Positions 9,289 through 17,920 of a stretch of DNA of 25,697 nucleotides are shown piece by piece. The stretch covers positions 1 to 25,697 of the forward strand of contig RFVA01000033.1 in assembly GCA_009922685.1 (NCBI GenBank). Direction: 5' to 3'. Position numbers and translations under genes: made by a program. Numbering within the stretch: position 1 is the stretch's first letter; each line of letters starts with the position of its first letter. Source of the DNA: Gammaproteobacteria bacterium (GTDB lineage: Bacteria > Pseudomonadota > Gammaproteobacteria > Methylococcales > Methylococcaceae). A model generated the notes under the pieces. That model did not search any database and was not told where the DNA came from. It saw nothing but the letters and a program-made list of their open reading frames with translations.

Positions 9289-11268
9289 ATGAAAGACCTG
9301 CACCATCGACTTGAATTATTGTCACCGGCCAAAACGGCGGCGATTGGAGTGGCCGCTGTCAATCATGGTGCGGATGCCATCTATATTGGGGGGCCGAGCT
9401 TTGGTGCCCGCCATAACGCGAGCAATTCAGTCGCCGATATCGAGCGGCTCGTCCAGCATGCCCATCGCTATCACTCTCGCGTCTTCGTCACCCTCAACAC
9501 CATTCTTCGGGATGACGAACTCGAACCCACCCGCCGTTTGGCTTTTGAGCTATACGAAGCGGGGGTGGATGCCCTGATCCTTCAGGATATGGGGTTGACG
9601 ATGCTCGATCTGCCGCCCATTCAGCTCCACGCCAGCACCCAATGTGACATTAGAACCCCCGAAAAGGCGCGTTTCCTTCAGGATGTCGGTTTTTCACAAA
9701 TTGTCCTGGCCCGCGAGCTTGATCTTCATCAGATCCGATCGATAGCCGAATCCATTGATCGTGCTGTCATCGAATACTTCATTCATGGTGCACTGTGTGT
9801 CGCCTATAGTGGCCAATGCTTTATTAGTCATGCCCATACCGGCAGGAGCGCCAATCGGGGCGATTGTTCACAAGCGTGTCGTCTTCCTTATGAGGTGAAG
9901 GACAGCGAAGGCCGCATCGTCGCGCATCAAAAACATGTCTTATCGGTCAAGGACAACGATCAAAGCGCCAACCTCAAGCTGCTGGTCGATGCCGGTGTTC
10001 GGAGCTTCAAAATTGAGGGACGCTATAAGGACCTGGCCTATGTCAAAAACATCACCAGCCACTACCGATCGCTCTTAGATCAGATCCTCGAGGAGAACCC
10101 CCTTCTCCAGAAAGCCTCCAGTGGCACCACCCGATTCTTTTTTGTGCCAGAACCTCAGCGAAGCTTCAATCGAGGCAGTACCGACTATTTCATCCATGGA
10201 CGTCAGGAAGATATCGGCGCCTTTGACACGCCGCAATCAGCGGGCCTCCCTCTCGGTTGGGTTGAGAAGACCCGCGCCGATTCTTTTGATCTGGTGCTCA
10301 ATGAGGGGACCGGCGCACTCAACAACGGCGATACACTGACCTACTACGATCTCCAAAAAGAGCTCAAAGGCTTTCGGGTTAACGTGGCTGAATCACTCGG
10401 TGAATCTCGTTGGCGCGCCTTTCCCAATGAACCTATGGCCGGGTTCAAGGATTTACGCCAAGGCGTTGAACTCTCAAGAAGCCGCGATATGGCCTTTGAA
10501 CGTCTCATGGAGAGTGACCGAACGGCGGAGCGTCGGATTGCTCTCGATATGACCCTCAGTGAGACCGCCGAAGGGATCCTCTTGGAGCTTCAGGACGACG
10601 AGGGGCATCAGGTCGCCCTCGAGCACCGTCACGAACGACAGCCGGCCCGTGACCCGGCTCGCGCCGAATCAGCCCTCAGGGAGGCTCTAGGAAAGCTGGG
10701 TAACACCCTCTTTGAAGCACGCACCATCACCTTGAAACCCCTTAAAACAAACCCACTGGGATTCTGGCCCCCTTCCCTTTTAAACGAAATCCGCCGCCAA
10801 GGCATCGCAGCCCTCGAATCTTTAAGGGCAGACACCTTTGAGAGGCTGCCAAGGGCCATTCCCATCGAACCCCCTGCTCCCTACCCAGGTGACAGCCTCT
10901 CTTATTTGGCCAATGTGTATAACCATGAAGCTCAGCGCTTTTATTTGAAGCATGGGGTAGCGGTGGTTGAAGCCGCCTATGAAAGTCATGAGGCTCTAGG
11001 GGAGGTCAGCTTGATGATTACCAAGCATTGCGTCCGCTACTCACTGTCTCTTTGCCCAAAGCAAACCAAGGGGGTCACCGGCGTCCAGGGCACCATCCGA
11101 GCAGAACCCCTGGAGCTGATCAATGGCAAGGAAAAGCTGACCCTTGTATTTGACTGTAAACCCTGTGAAATGCATGTCATGGGTAAGATCAAGCGGCATG
11201 TCCTCAAAGAAATGAAAGCGGAGCCCATCACGTTTTATCGCTCCAAACCTCTGGGCGGGACCCCTTGA
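9289..11268 (+). CDS. U32 family peptidase, long (~650 aa) YdcP/RlhA-like class
   Basis: U32 signature EYFIHGALCVAYSGQCFIS. The 659-aa length matches the YdcP (23S rRNA 5-hydroxycytidine synthase RlhA) size class rather than the YegQ or UbiU/V classes. Confidence 0.8.
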   Translation: MKDLHHRLELLSPAKTAAIGVAAVNHGADAIYIGGPSFGARHNASNSVADIERLVQHAHRYHSRVFVTLNTILRDDELEPTRRLAFELYEAGVDALILQDMGLTMLDLPPIQLHASTQCDIRTPEKARFLQDVGFSQIVLARELDLHQIRSIAESIDRAVIEYFIHGALCVAYSGQCFISHAHTGRSANRGDCSQACRLPYEVKDSEGRIVAHQKHVLSVKDNDQSANLKLLVDAGVRSFKIEGRYKDLAYVKNITSHYRSLLDQILEENPLLQKASSGTTRFFFVPEPQRSFNRGSTDYFIHGRQEDIGAFDTPQSAGLPLGWVEKTRADSFDLVLNEGTGALNNGDTLTYYDLQKELKGFRVNVAESLGESRWRAFPNEPMAGFKDLRQGVELSRSRDMAFERLMESDRTAERRIALDMTLSETAEGILLELQDDEGHQVALEHRHERQPARDPARAESALREALGKLGNTLFEARTITLKPLKTNPLGFWPPSLLNEIRRQGIAALESLRADTFERLPRAIPIEPPAPYPGDSLSYLANVYNHEAQRFYLKHGVAVVEAAYESHEALGEVSLMITKHCVRYSLSLCPKQTKGVTGVQGTIRAEPLELINGKEKLTLVFDCKPCEMHVMGKIKRHVLKEMKAEPITFYRSKPLGGTP

Positions 11269-11422
11269 GGATCCACCTGGGTTGTGTTGGCTCTCGAAGA
11301 GGAGATCCTGGGATTAAGAATAAGATCGCAGGACACCCATCCCCTCGAGGCGATGCACAACGGGGTGCTGACCTCATGACCCCCCTCGAGATAGCCTTCA
11401 TCCTTCGATCTGAAGGGTTCCC

Positions 11423-12406
11423 ATGACCCTCATCCGCTATGAGGGCAAGACGTTTGAGGTGGGTCCTAAGGAGTCCCTTCTCGATAGCCTCAACGCCCAA
11501 GGCGCCGCCATCCCCTCATCCTGCCGAAGTGGCCTCTGTCAGACCTGTCTCATGCAGGCGCGATCGGGTGTCCCACCTGAATCTTCGCAATCAGGTCTTC
11601 AAGAGGCCCTCCGCCTCGAACACTATTTCCTCGCCTGCCTCTGTTATCCAGAAGAAGATCTTGAGGTATCCCTTCAAGGGGGAGCAAGGCCCCTGATTCC
11701 CGCCAGAGTGATTCGGCTCGAACGACTCAGTGAGACCATCAGGCTGGTCGCCTTGAAGCCTGAAGCACCGATGACATTCCGTGCGGGACAGTTTGTCCAT
11801 CTCTTTCAAGAGAAAGAGATCTTTCGAAGTTATTCGATAGCGAGTATCCCTTCGGATGATGAGATTCACCTCCATGTAAAGCTTCAGCCTGATGGCGAGG
11901 TGAGTGGATGGGTCCATGAATCGCTGAAGGTCGATCAGATCATCCACCTCAGTGGCCCCTTGGGGCACTCTTTTTATGTGGGAGGCCAGCCTGAACAACC
12001 CTTACTTCTCATAGGAACAGGCGCCGGCCTCGCCCCCCTCTTCGGCATCCTCCGTGACGCGCTATCACAGGGGCACACAGGCCCCATCAAACTCTTTCAT
12101 GGAAGCCGCCATCCACAAGAGCTATACCTCGGCCCGGAACTCCAGGAGCTATCGATCCACTCCAATCATTTTGAATATAGGGCCTGTGTCTCAGGCGATC
12201 AGGTGGCTCATCCATACGAAAGAGGCCGTGCCAGTGACCTGGCCTTTGAGGAACTGACCGATCTCAGGGGGTGGCGAATCTTTCTCTCAGGTCATCCGGC
12301 GATGGTTAAAGAAGCACAAATGACGGCCTTCCTTGCTGGAGCCTCTTTGCGGGATATCAGTATGGATCCCTTCACCTTCACCCAAGTGGGTTCAGAGGGG
12401 GGTTGA
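11423..12406 (+). CDS. 2Fe-2S ferredoxin domain fused to an FNR-type FAD/NAD(P)H oxidoreductase
   Basis: Plant-type ferredoxin cysteines SCRSGLCQTC...LAC. FAD motif RSYSIAS and NAD motif LLIGTGAGLAPL. Confidence 0.8.
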   Translation: MTLIRYEGKTFEVGPKESLLDSLNAQGAAIPSSCRSGLCQTCLMQARSGVPPESSQSGLQEALRLEHYFLACLCYPEEDLEVSLQGGARPLIPARVIRLERLSETIRLVALKPEAPMTFRAGQFVHLFQEKEIFRSYSIASIPSDDEIHLHVKLQPDGEVSGWVHESLKVDQIIHLSGPLGHSFYVGGQPEQPLLLIGTGAGLAPLFGILRDALSQGHTGPIKLFHGSRHPQELYLGPELQELSIHSNHFEYRACVSGDQVAHPYERGRASDLAFEELTDLRGWRIFLSGHPAMVKEAQMTAFLAGASLRDISMDPFTFTQVGSEGG

Positions 12407-12531
12407 TCCACCCCCCTGAGCGCCTTCATCGCAGCGTGGGGATCTTGAGGATCTCATGACAAACCGTGCTTGGGTCTAGATCTCTTCAGTGTCATCATAT
12501 ATAGACACGGTAAAAAGAGGAGTCAGAACGC

Positions 12532-13332
12532 GTGATGTGGCTAAAAATAGGCTGTGAAATGACCTTCGATGTGGAGGTGCCGACCCCTTTCATTTTTATG
12601 CTGCGGCCGCGTAATGGCTCCCAACAGTGGGTTGCAAGGGAATCCTATACTCTCAATCCCCATGTCCCCGTTTATGAATATACGGATGTTGCTGGCAACC
12701 TTTGCCAGCGCTTGGTGGCCCTACCTGGCGCATTTTCATTAAAAGTCAGTGCTGACATCCTCACCAGCGAAACGATTGACTTTGCCCCTGGGGCCCCTTT
12801 TGAGGCTGTGCCCTATCTGCCGGACGGCGTTTTGACCTACCTCCTGCCTTCACGCTACTGCGAGTCGGATCGCTTCATTGATTTAAGCCAAGAGATCGTC
12901 CTCGGCATCAACCCAGGCTATGACCAAGTAGCCAGATTAACGCAGTGGCTTCGAGAAACGATTCGATTTAACCCCAACTCCCCTCACTTTCAGATGTCGG
13001 CCGTCGAAGTCTTTCAGGCTGGCGAGGGCGTGTGCCGGGAGATTGCGCATCTTGGGATTGCTCTTTGCCGTAGCCTATGTATTCCAGCTCGCATGGTCGT
13101 TGGCTATCTTCATGGCCTTGAGCCCATGGATTTTCACGCTTGGTTTGAAGCTTATGTTGATGGTCGTTGGTATACCTTCGATCCGACCCAACCATCGCCC
13201 AGGGGAGGCCGTGTTGTCGTCGCTTATGGTCACGATGCAGCCGACGTGGCCATCTTTAATCAGTTTGGCCCGCCCCTTTATCCCCGGCAAATGACCGTGT
13301 GGGTCGAACCCTTAGCGAAACCACCAGAATGA
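12532..13332 (+). CDS. transglutaminase-like cysteine protease family protein
   Basis: Core GEGVCREIAHLGIALCRSLCIPARMVVGY...H...D (Cys-His-Asp arrangement). GAGGAG lies 9 nt upstream of the GTG at 12532. Confidence 0.8.
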   Translation: MMWLKIGCEMTFDVEVPTPFIFMLRPRNGSQQWVARESYTLNPHVPVYEYTDVAGNLCQRLVALPGAFSLKVSADILTSETIDFAPGAPFEAVPYLPDGVLTYLLPSRYCESDRFIDLSQEIVLGINPGYDQVARLTQWLRETIRFNPNSPHFQMSAVEVFQAGEGVCREIAHLGIALCRSLCIPARMVVGYLHGLEPMDFHAWFEAYVDGRWYTFDPTQPSPRGGRVVVAYGHDAADVAIFNQFGPPLYPRQMTVWVEPLAKPPE

Positions 13333-13535
13333 CTGAGGGCTTGCAAAAACCGGCGGTGTGGGGGCGACTTTTGCACAGTATCTTTTAAGTGACTGATTTT
13401 TGGTAAAGACTCAACCATAGATCAATGACTTACATATATATCTATATAAATCATCCACTTACAAAACACATCAAATACTGGTCATTCCAACAGAGGTCCC
13501 AGCACACCCCGCTTCCCACAGGACTGCCCACAGAC

Positions 13536-13558
13536 TTATGCACAGAAATTGTGGATAA
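13536..13558. promoter_or_regulatory. two convergent DnaA boxes
   Basis: TTATGCACA (13536-13544) fits TTATNCACA. TGTGGATAA (13550-13558) is the reverse complement of the perfect TTATCCACA. A weaker TTTTGCACA lies at 13369-13377, and an AT tract (ACATATATATCTATATAAAT) lies around 13430-13450. Confidence 0.45.
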
Positions 13559-13686
13559 ATCTAAAACCCCCAATGAGTCCTTACCCTTCGATGAATTCCC
13601 GAGCTTTTTCCTTTGTTGAATCCCCTGGTCAAAGGCGTAGCATCAAACCAAGGCTCCTCGGCCGCTCCAGGGATTGAGAAATGGGT

Positions 13687-13887
13687 TTAAAGGCTTGAGG
13701 CTACTGGGGCAGCGAAATAGGTAAGAAGGTGCCAAGAAAATTGATCAGAGTTTCCAGAATAATCTTGAACATGCCCTGCTCGAGCCGGGACAGATAATGC
13801 CAATCTTTTCTCAGCATTAACAGAAAAAGCGGCCGTAATAAGGCCTAGAGACAATACCGAAGCTCCAAATATACTCAAAGACTTCAT
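13687..13887 (-). CDS. small secreted hypothetical protein (66 aa)
   Basis: AGGAGG lies 5 nt upstream of the ATG at 13887. Signal peptide MKSLSIFGASVLSLGLITAAFSVNA. No known motif. Confidence 0.45.
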   Translation of the reverse strand: MKSLSIFGASVLSLGLITAAFSVNAEKRLALSVPARAGHVQDYSGNSDQFSWHLLTYFAAPVASSL

Positions 13888-14023
13888 AAAACCTCCTGAC
13901 AATGTCACCGTTTATTAAGATTTTAGGGAAGCGCGATTAATGCGGTTATGAATCGGGTTTTAGTAGGATGGCCTGATATTGTCATAAAAATCGACAATAG
14001 GCCAAAAGTCAAGACCTCGATGT

Positions 14024-14054
14024 CGAAAAAAAGGCCGCTCTATCTTACGGCCTT
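14024..14054 (-). terminator. rho-independent terminator
   Basis: On the minus strand, AAGGCCG-taagatagag-CGGCCTT is followed by TTTTTTTC. It lies about 110 nt downstream of the 14167 stop. Confidence 0.6.
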
Positions 14055-14166
14055 GTCATGCAATGTCCTATCGAGCCGATTGGCATCAAGATCCAAATCA
14101 CTAGGTCCTTGACGATGGATGTGGACGAGAGAATGGCATTAGGCAACTTCAGCGCCATTGAGCGGC

Positions 14167-14636
14167 TTAGCTAGATCGTCTGACCTTCAATCTGTGCATC
14201 TTCCATGCACCAGAATTACCATATCCAGCACCGGTGACCGAACTATCTGTCGGAGTTATTATTCCGCCCGTAGGACTTTCGCCAAAAGCGCATGAGCATG
14301 CAGCTAAAGGAACTCCATTTTGTGACTTCCCAGTCTTCGTACACACCATCGACCAACATTGACTAATCGCCTGTGACGATTGTCCTGAAAAGGTGCCCGA
14401 CGTGAGCGTAGTAGGTTGGGGAGCGCATTCTTGTGCTATCGGTGCAGCACTTTCCCAATTGAGTGCCTCCTGAGGATAGGGACTGTTCAGCCCGTAGAGG
14501 CTATAGATATGGCCTTTGGGTGCCCGGCAACTGCTCCCCATTGTGTTTGAATTTAGGGCCGCAATTGAGGGGCCTTTCAGGATGGGACACATCACGATTG
14601 TTTCGGGGAAAAGCACCTAGTTTTATCTATGGTCAT
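14167..14636 (-). pseudogene. degraded Cys-rich protein gene (distant paralogue of 15312..16049?)
   Basis: A strong start (AAGAGGAGAGAAGTC-ATG at 14636) opens a 14-codon frame that stops. The 149-codon ORF continues in another frame. It shares the pattern QCW..VC....CSC with the 245-aa protein and has no signal peptide. Confidence 0.3.
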
Positions 14637-15311
14637 GACTTCTCTCCTCTTAAAAAATAATCTAATTTAGTAACTATTCTCATTTTGTAACATACATCCT
14701 TTTCATAAAGGCAAAAAGACGCCTATTGCCGATAAGACAACAACGACGGGCATTAAATTGTCTCTTGGGTTCAAGCTCATGTTTCTTCTCTTTTGGTAGG
14801 CTTTGAAATTCTAGCTAAGCACTCATTCATCCCTTTACCGGTTAATCCTGTTTTACGGCAAACATGCTGAGAACGCAAAGAACATTTTCTCGTGAGCTTT
14901 AACTCGGAGTGGAAAGCCCCTGCAAGAGGGCCAATCATTGAAGCGGACCTTTGAAAGACCGTACGCAACCGGATGCACCCGTGCTAACAAGCAGGCCGCA
15001 AACTATGAGACGCACTTTTTGAAAAAAACACCGGATCTCTGTGGCCTTTGGCCAGTGCAGTACTCGCTAAAAAGTGGCCGTCTTAATAGTAAGTTCTATG
15101 TGGATGGCTCGGCTGTCAAAATTCCTGACCGCATGATCAAGGGCTTAGTGCGTGACACCTCCTATCTCTGCTTGAAACTTCGCTGATGGTGTCGGGCGGC
15201 TCTAAGACTTGAGCCACATAGTCTGACAGCGGAGTTCTCATCGACCGCAGAAACTTATCTGTTAGGATGAATCACTAACTCCCGATCCGCTCGATCTCAA
15301 TCGCTGTAAAA

Positions 15312-16049
15312 ATGCACACACTAAAAGTAAGGCAAGTTCTCGAATTGATTTTGCTCTTCATTTTTTCGCTCGCAGCTCATGCTGTCGTTAAGTGCCCAAC
15401 AGCGAGCACCACAAATAACGGTTTCGCACTTTGTGCCACAGCGCAGTGCTGGACACTCGACGGCGTCAGCTATTGCAAGTGCAACCTGATGAATGAAGAA
15501 AGCATTTCAGCCCCTTTCAACTACACTGAAGGTGGGACGATGAAGGACGTGTGCGACTTGCTTGTTCAGGGTGTAACCAATGGATTCACTATCAGCACTT
15601 ATGCAACCCCTGTGACGGTATTGAAGAGCTATGATCCAGCGACCGGGGGTCAGGGTCCAGCGCAAGCTTTGTACACATGTAATGAGCCGGGTTATTCACT
15701 CAAGCCGGCTTATTCCGCGCAGTGTGACGGCGGCGTTTGCTTCACGAGCACTACAAACACTGACTTTCCAGGATTGGGGCACATTGGTAGCAGTGAAATT
15801 GTTTGCTCCTGCCCGCCCACACCCAATAAAAGAGCATTTCAGATCTCTGGGCCTTGGAGCTGTGCTCCGGGCGAAGCCAATCGAGGAAACAAGTGCTGCG
15901 ACAAGAAGTTCTACACACAGTTTTGTGGTGTGCGTTCTATCAAAAAGACAGGGACTGTTATGGCGGTGGGCTCCACTGCCGGAGTTCCTGTGATTCTTTC
16001 AACGTTGCTCGATGGTCAGCCTCCATTGCTGAACAGTTGCAAATTTTGA
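15312..16049 (+). CDS. secreted cysteine-rich hypothetical protein (18 Cys in the mature part)
   Basis: Signal peptide MHTLKVRQVLELILLFIFSLAAHA. Internally repeated motif AQC(W/D)..(D)G(V)..C.C. No family recognised. Confidence 0.6.
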   Translation: MHTLKVRQVLELILLFIFSLAAHAVVKCPTASTTNNGFALCATAQCWTLDGVSYCKCNLMNEESISAPFNYTEGGTMKDVCDLLVQGVTNGFTISTYATPVTVLKSYDPATGGQGPAQALYTCNEPGYSLKPAYSAQCDGGVCFTSTTNTDFPGLGHIGSSEIVCSCPPTPNKRAFQISGPWSCAPGEANRGNKCCDKKFYTQFCGVRSIKKTGTVMAVGSTAGVPVILSTLLDGQPPLLNSCKF

Positions 16050-16070
16050 TTTGTTAGCCCAAAGCCTGTT

Positions 16071-16319
16071 TTGGCTGAGCACGCGGGTAAACGAGCGGCG
16101 GTCATTCAATCGTTGATCGAAACCGTCAAGCTGAACGGCGTCGATCCGGCGGCCTGGATGAGGGAGACTCTTCAGGAACTTCCCCTATGGCCGAACAAGA
16201 GAATCGATGAACTTCTGCCCATAGACGGATGGAGCCGGCAGAGGCTTAAGCTTCCCCCATGCTCCCCCAAAAAACTCAAGACAATAAAAAAGGCTAGGCA
16301 TTTCTACCTAACCCTTTGA
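16071..16319 (+). mobile_element. IS66-family transposase C-terminal remnant (truncated)
   Basis: GKRAAVIQSLIETVKLNGVDPAAWMRETLQELPLWPNKRIDELLPIDGW matches the conserved IS66 TnpC C-terminus (..SLIxTxKLNGxDPxAYLxxVLxxLP...RIDELLPWNW). Similarity covers about 16074-16232. There is no N-terminal part and no inverted repeats. Confidence 0.7.
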
Positions 16320-16323
16320 TTTA

Positions 16324-16368
16324 TGGTGGGCCGTGAAAGGCTCGAACTTTCGACCTATGGATTAAGAG
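16324..16368 (-). other. tRNA-Lys(CUU) 3' half only (anticodon loop to CCA); att-type scar
   Basis: The minus strand reads CTCTTAATCCATAGGTCGAAAGTTCGAGCCTTTCACGGCCCACCA. This gives anticodon loop CU-CUU-AA, T-arm GAAAG/TTCGAGC/CTTTC, acceptor 3' strand, discriminator A and CCA. It is close to E. coli tRNA-Lys. The 5' half (GGGCCGT..., ATGGA) is absent. Confidence 0.7.
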
Positions 16369-16557
16369 AAAACTGGCGGATCACTTTCTCTAATATTTTC
16401 AATATATTACATCATATTTTTTTCGGTGTGTAGCAAAGTGTGTAAGCCTCCAACCTACTCAAATCACACGAAAAAGTAAGCGCAGCGTGAAACACCTGAA
16501 ATTAACGCCCCAACAGCACCCCCACTGCCCTGCCGTTGCTTGAAGGCGCGGGACGCT

Positions 16558-16613
16558 ATTACTGAATTTAAGTAACTTGGCGCCGACATCACAACGTCAA
16601 AACTTTTACGTTG
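16558..16613. repeat. hairpin-repeat pair Y1 (16558-16576) + X1 (16592-16613)
   Basis: Y1 is ATTACTgaatttaAGTAAC. X1 is CAACGTCAAAACTTTTACGTTG. Both recur at 17921-17972. Confidence 0.6.
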
Positions 16614-16673
16614 AGAGCAGCATCTGGCTTACTGAAAGCAAGGGTTTAGATGGCGCACTTTTCAATAGGCTAC

Positions 16674-16895
16674 CTACTGTTCGCCATCTTCACTCGAGGC
16701 TAATGACCGCAAGTCGAGCCCTTCAACTGCAGCATCGACCACATAACCAGACCTGAGTCTTTCATAAATTGCCCAGCAACCCTCACAACAGAAACGATCA
16801 GCCGTGTTAACAGTCTTTATGGTTAATCCGCAGAGTTTACAGCGCATCTCAAACTCATCTCCCATGCCATCCATACACAAAATGCAGCGCACCAA
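16674..16895 (-). CDS. small cysteine-rich zinc-ribbon protein resembling the N-terminal metal-binding domain of CcoI/CopA-type ATPases (start uncertain)
   Basis: RCKLCGLTIKTVNTADRFCCEGCWAIYERL fits CxxC-x12-FCCxGCxxxY. Confidence 0.45.
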   Translation of the reverse strand: MVRCILCMDGMGDEFEMRCKLCGLTIKTVNTADRFCCEGCWAIYERLRSGYVVDAAVEGLDLRSLASSEDGEQ

Positions 16896-17184
16896 TCAGA
16901 CTAATTGACTGTCCCCGAAGCCTACAAATAGCAATACGTTCGGACCAACACCGTGCCACAGCAAGTCTTGGGCCACAGCATAAGCATCTGTTTACGCCTG
17001 GCTTTTGCCTATGCTGTTGGCTAGAGGATCTTAGGAATAAGTGATTTCACTGATTAAGGTGCGCCATATGCCGCACATGATCAGGCCAAAGTGTTACAGT
17101 TGTGCGAAGAGGAGGGCTGTACCCCTCACTTTGCCATCATCTCCACTAACAACTAGTGCGCGACCCGAAAACGGGAGTTCTTGA

Positions 17185-17859
17185 TTGTCTGCCGATTTCA
17201 TCTTTGTCGTAGGTGCTTTTTCATCCGGAACCACTGCTGTTACCGGGATGCTAATGAATCTTGGCGCAATTGCGTTCGGCCCGTTCGGCATAACAAACGA
17301 CCCACGCACTCAAACCAGCCTTGAAAGCGTTGCCCTACAGCGCCTGTGTGACGATCTAGTCAGTGAAGATGTGCTTCAGATTTGGGAAGGAAAGCGACTT
17401 CAAATCGTACCCAAACTAGTAGGATTTAAAAGAGAGATTGATGCCATCATCTCGCAAAAAAGCGGCATTCAGGGCAAGCCTATCGTTTTCAAACGCGCAA
17501 CAACCGCCCTTTTCCTAAAAGAAATTGATCTGATCTTCAAACCCAAGTTCATCTTCGTTTACAGAGACCTTGCTGAAATTGAGCGAACCAAGGTAAGAAG
17601 GGGTTGGGGCGAATGCCATGGTCAATCTGGGGCAAAAGTCATCAACTCTCATATGCGCTCATTTGCTTCCTCCTCTTATGATCCATTCACAGTTCGATTT
17701 GAGGACATTCGAAGAAATCCGAGAGCAATGGCGGAGGCAATGTCTAACGAGCTGGGCCTCAACCAGACTGAAGAAATGCTACAAGCCGCTTCAAACTGGA
17801 TCACTGATCACAACAAGCGCTTCGGCATCGATCAAATACTAGCTCAGCACGATAGCTAG
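17185..17859 (+). CDS. sulfotransferase-like protein (TTG start)
   Basis: A PAPS-loop-like FIFVVGAFSSGTTAV lies near the N-terminus, followed by a FIFVYRDLAEI motif. GGGAG lies 7 nt upstream of the TTG. Confidence 0.45.
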   Translation: MSADFIFVVGAFSSGTTAVTGMLMNLGAIAFGPFGITNDPRTQTSLESVALQRLCDDLVSEDVLQIWEGKRLQIVPKLVGFKREIDAIISQKSGIQGKPIVFKRATTALFLKEIDLIFKPKFIFVYRDLAEIERTKVRRGWGECHGQSGAKVINSHMRSFASSSYDPFTVRFEDIRRNPRAMAEAMSNELGLNQTEEMLQAASNWITDHNKRFGIDQILAQHDS

Positions 17860-17920
17860 TAACTCCGAAGCAGACAGACCGAAAGGCGGGATGATCATCA
17901 ATGAGCCGCTTGGGAACGCT

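Noticed and set aside
130-13294. Many ORF-track entries overlap or run antisense to the well-supported backbone genes. Examples are 130..441, 1003..1299, 1966..2347, 2550..3148, the several between 3345 and 5684, 6237..6651, 6996..7661, 8738..8956, 9311..9577, 10121..11500, 11439..12257 and 12968..13294.
   Set aside because: These are shadow ORFs of GC-rich coding DNA. They have Arg/Pro/Ser/Gly-rich compositions, no SD sequences and no motifs, and each is fully explained by a strongly supported gene on the other strand or in another frame.
13369-13558. A chromosomal replication origin (oriC).
   Set aside because: There are only two strong DnaA boxes and one or two weak ones. There is no dnaA/dnaN/gidA context, no GATC clustering and no repeated 13-mers. 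I kept it as a DnaA-binding candidate only.
14777-15186. ORFs 14777..14968 (-) and 14938..15186 (+) in the AT-rich gap.
   Set aside because: They have no SD and no motif I can name, and the second has a TTG start. They could be relics of a decayed gene, but I cannot support a call.
16324-16400. A complete tRNA-Lys gene.
   Set aside because: Upstream of the anticodon loop the sequence reads ...CCGCCAGTTTT. It provides neither the anticodon-stem 5' strand (ATGGA), nor a D-arm, nor the acceptor 5' strand (GGGCCGT). Only the 3' half is present.
16441-16480. IS66-type terminal inverted repeat (GTAAGCC at 16442, GTAAGCG at 16467).
   Set aside because: These are only 7-nt resemblances to the conserved IS66 end. 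They lie on the wrong side of the tRNA fragment relative to the transposase remnant, and there is no partner repeat.
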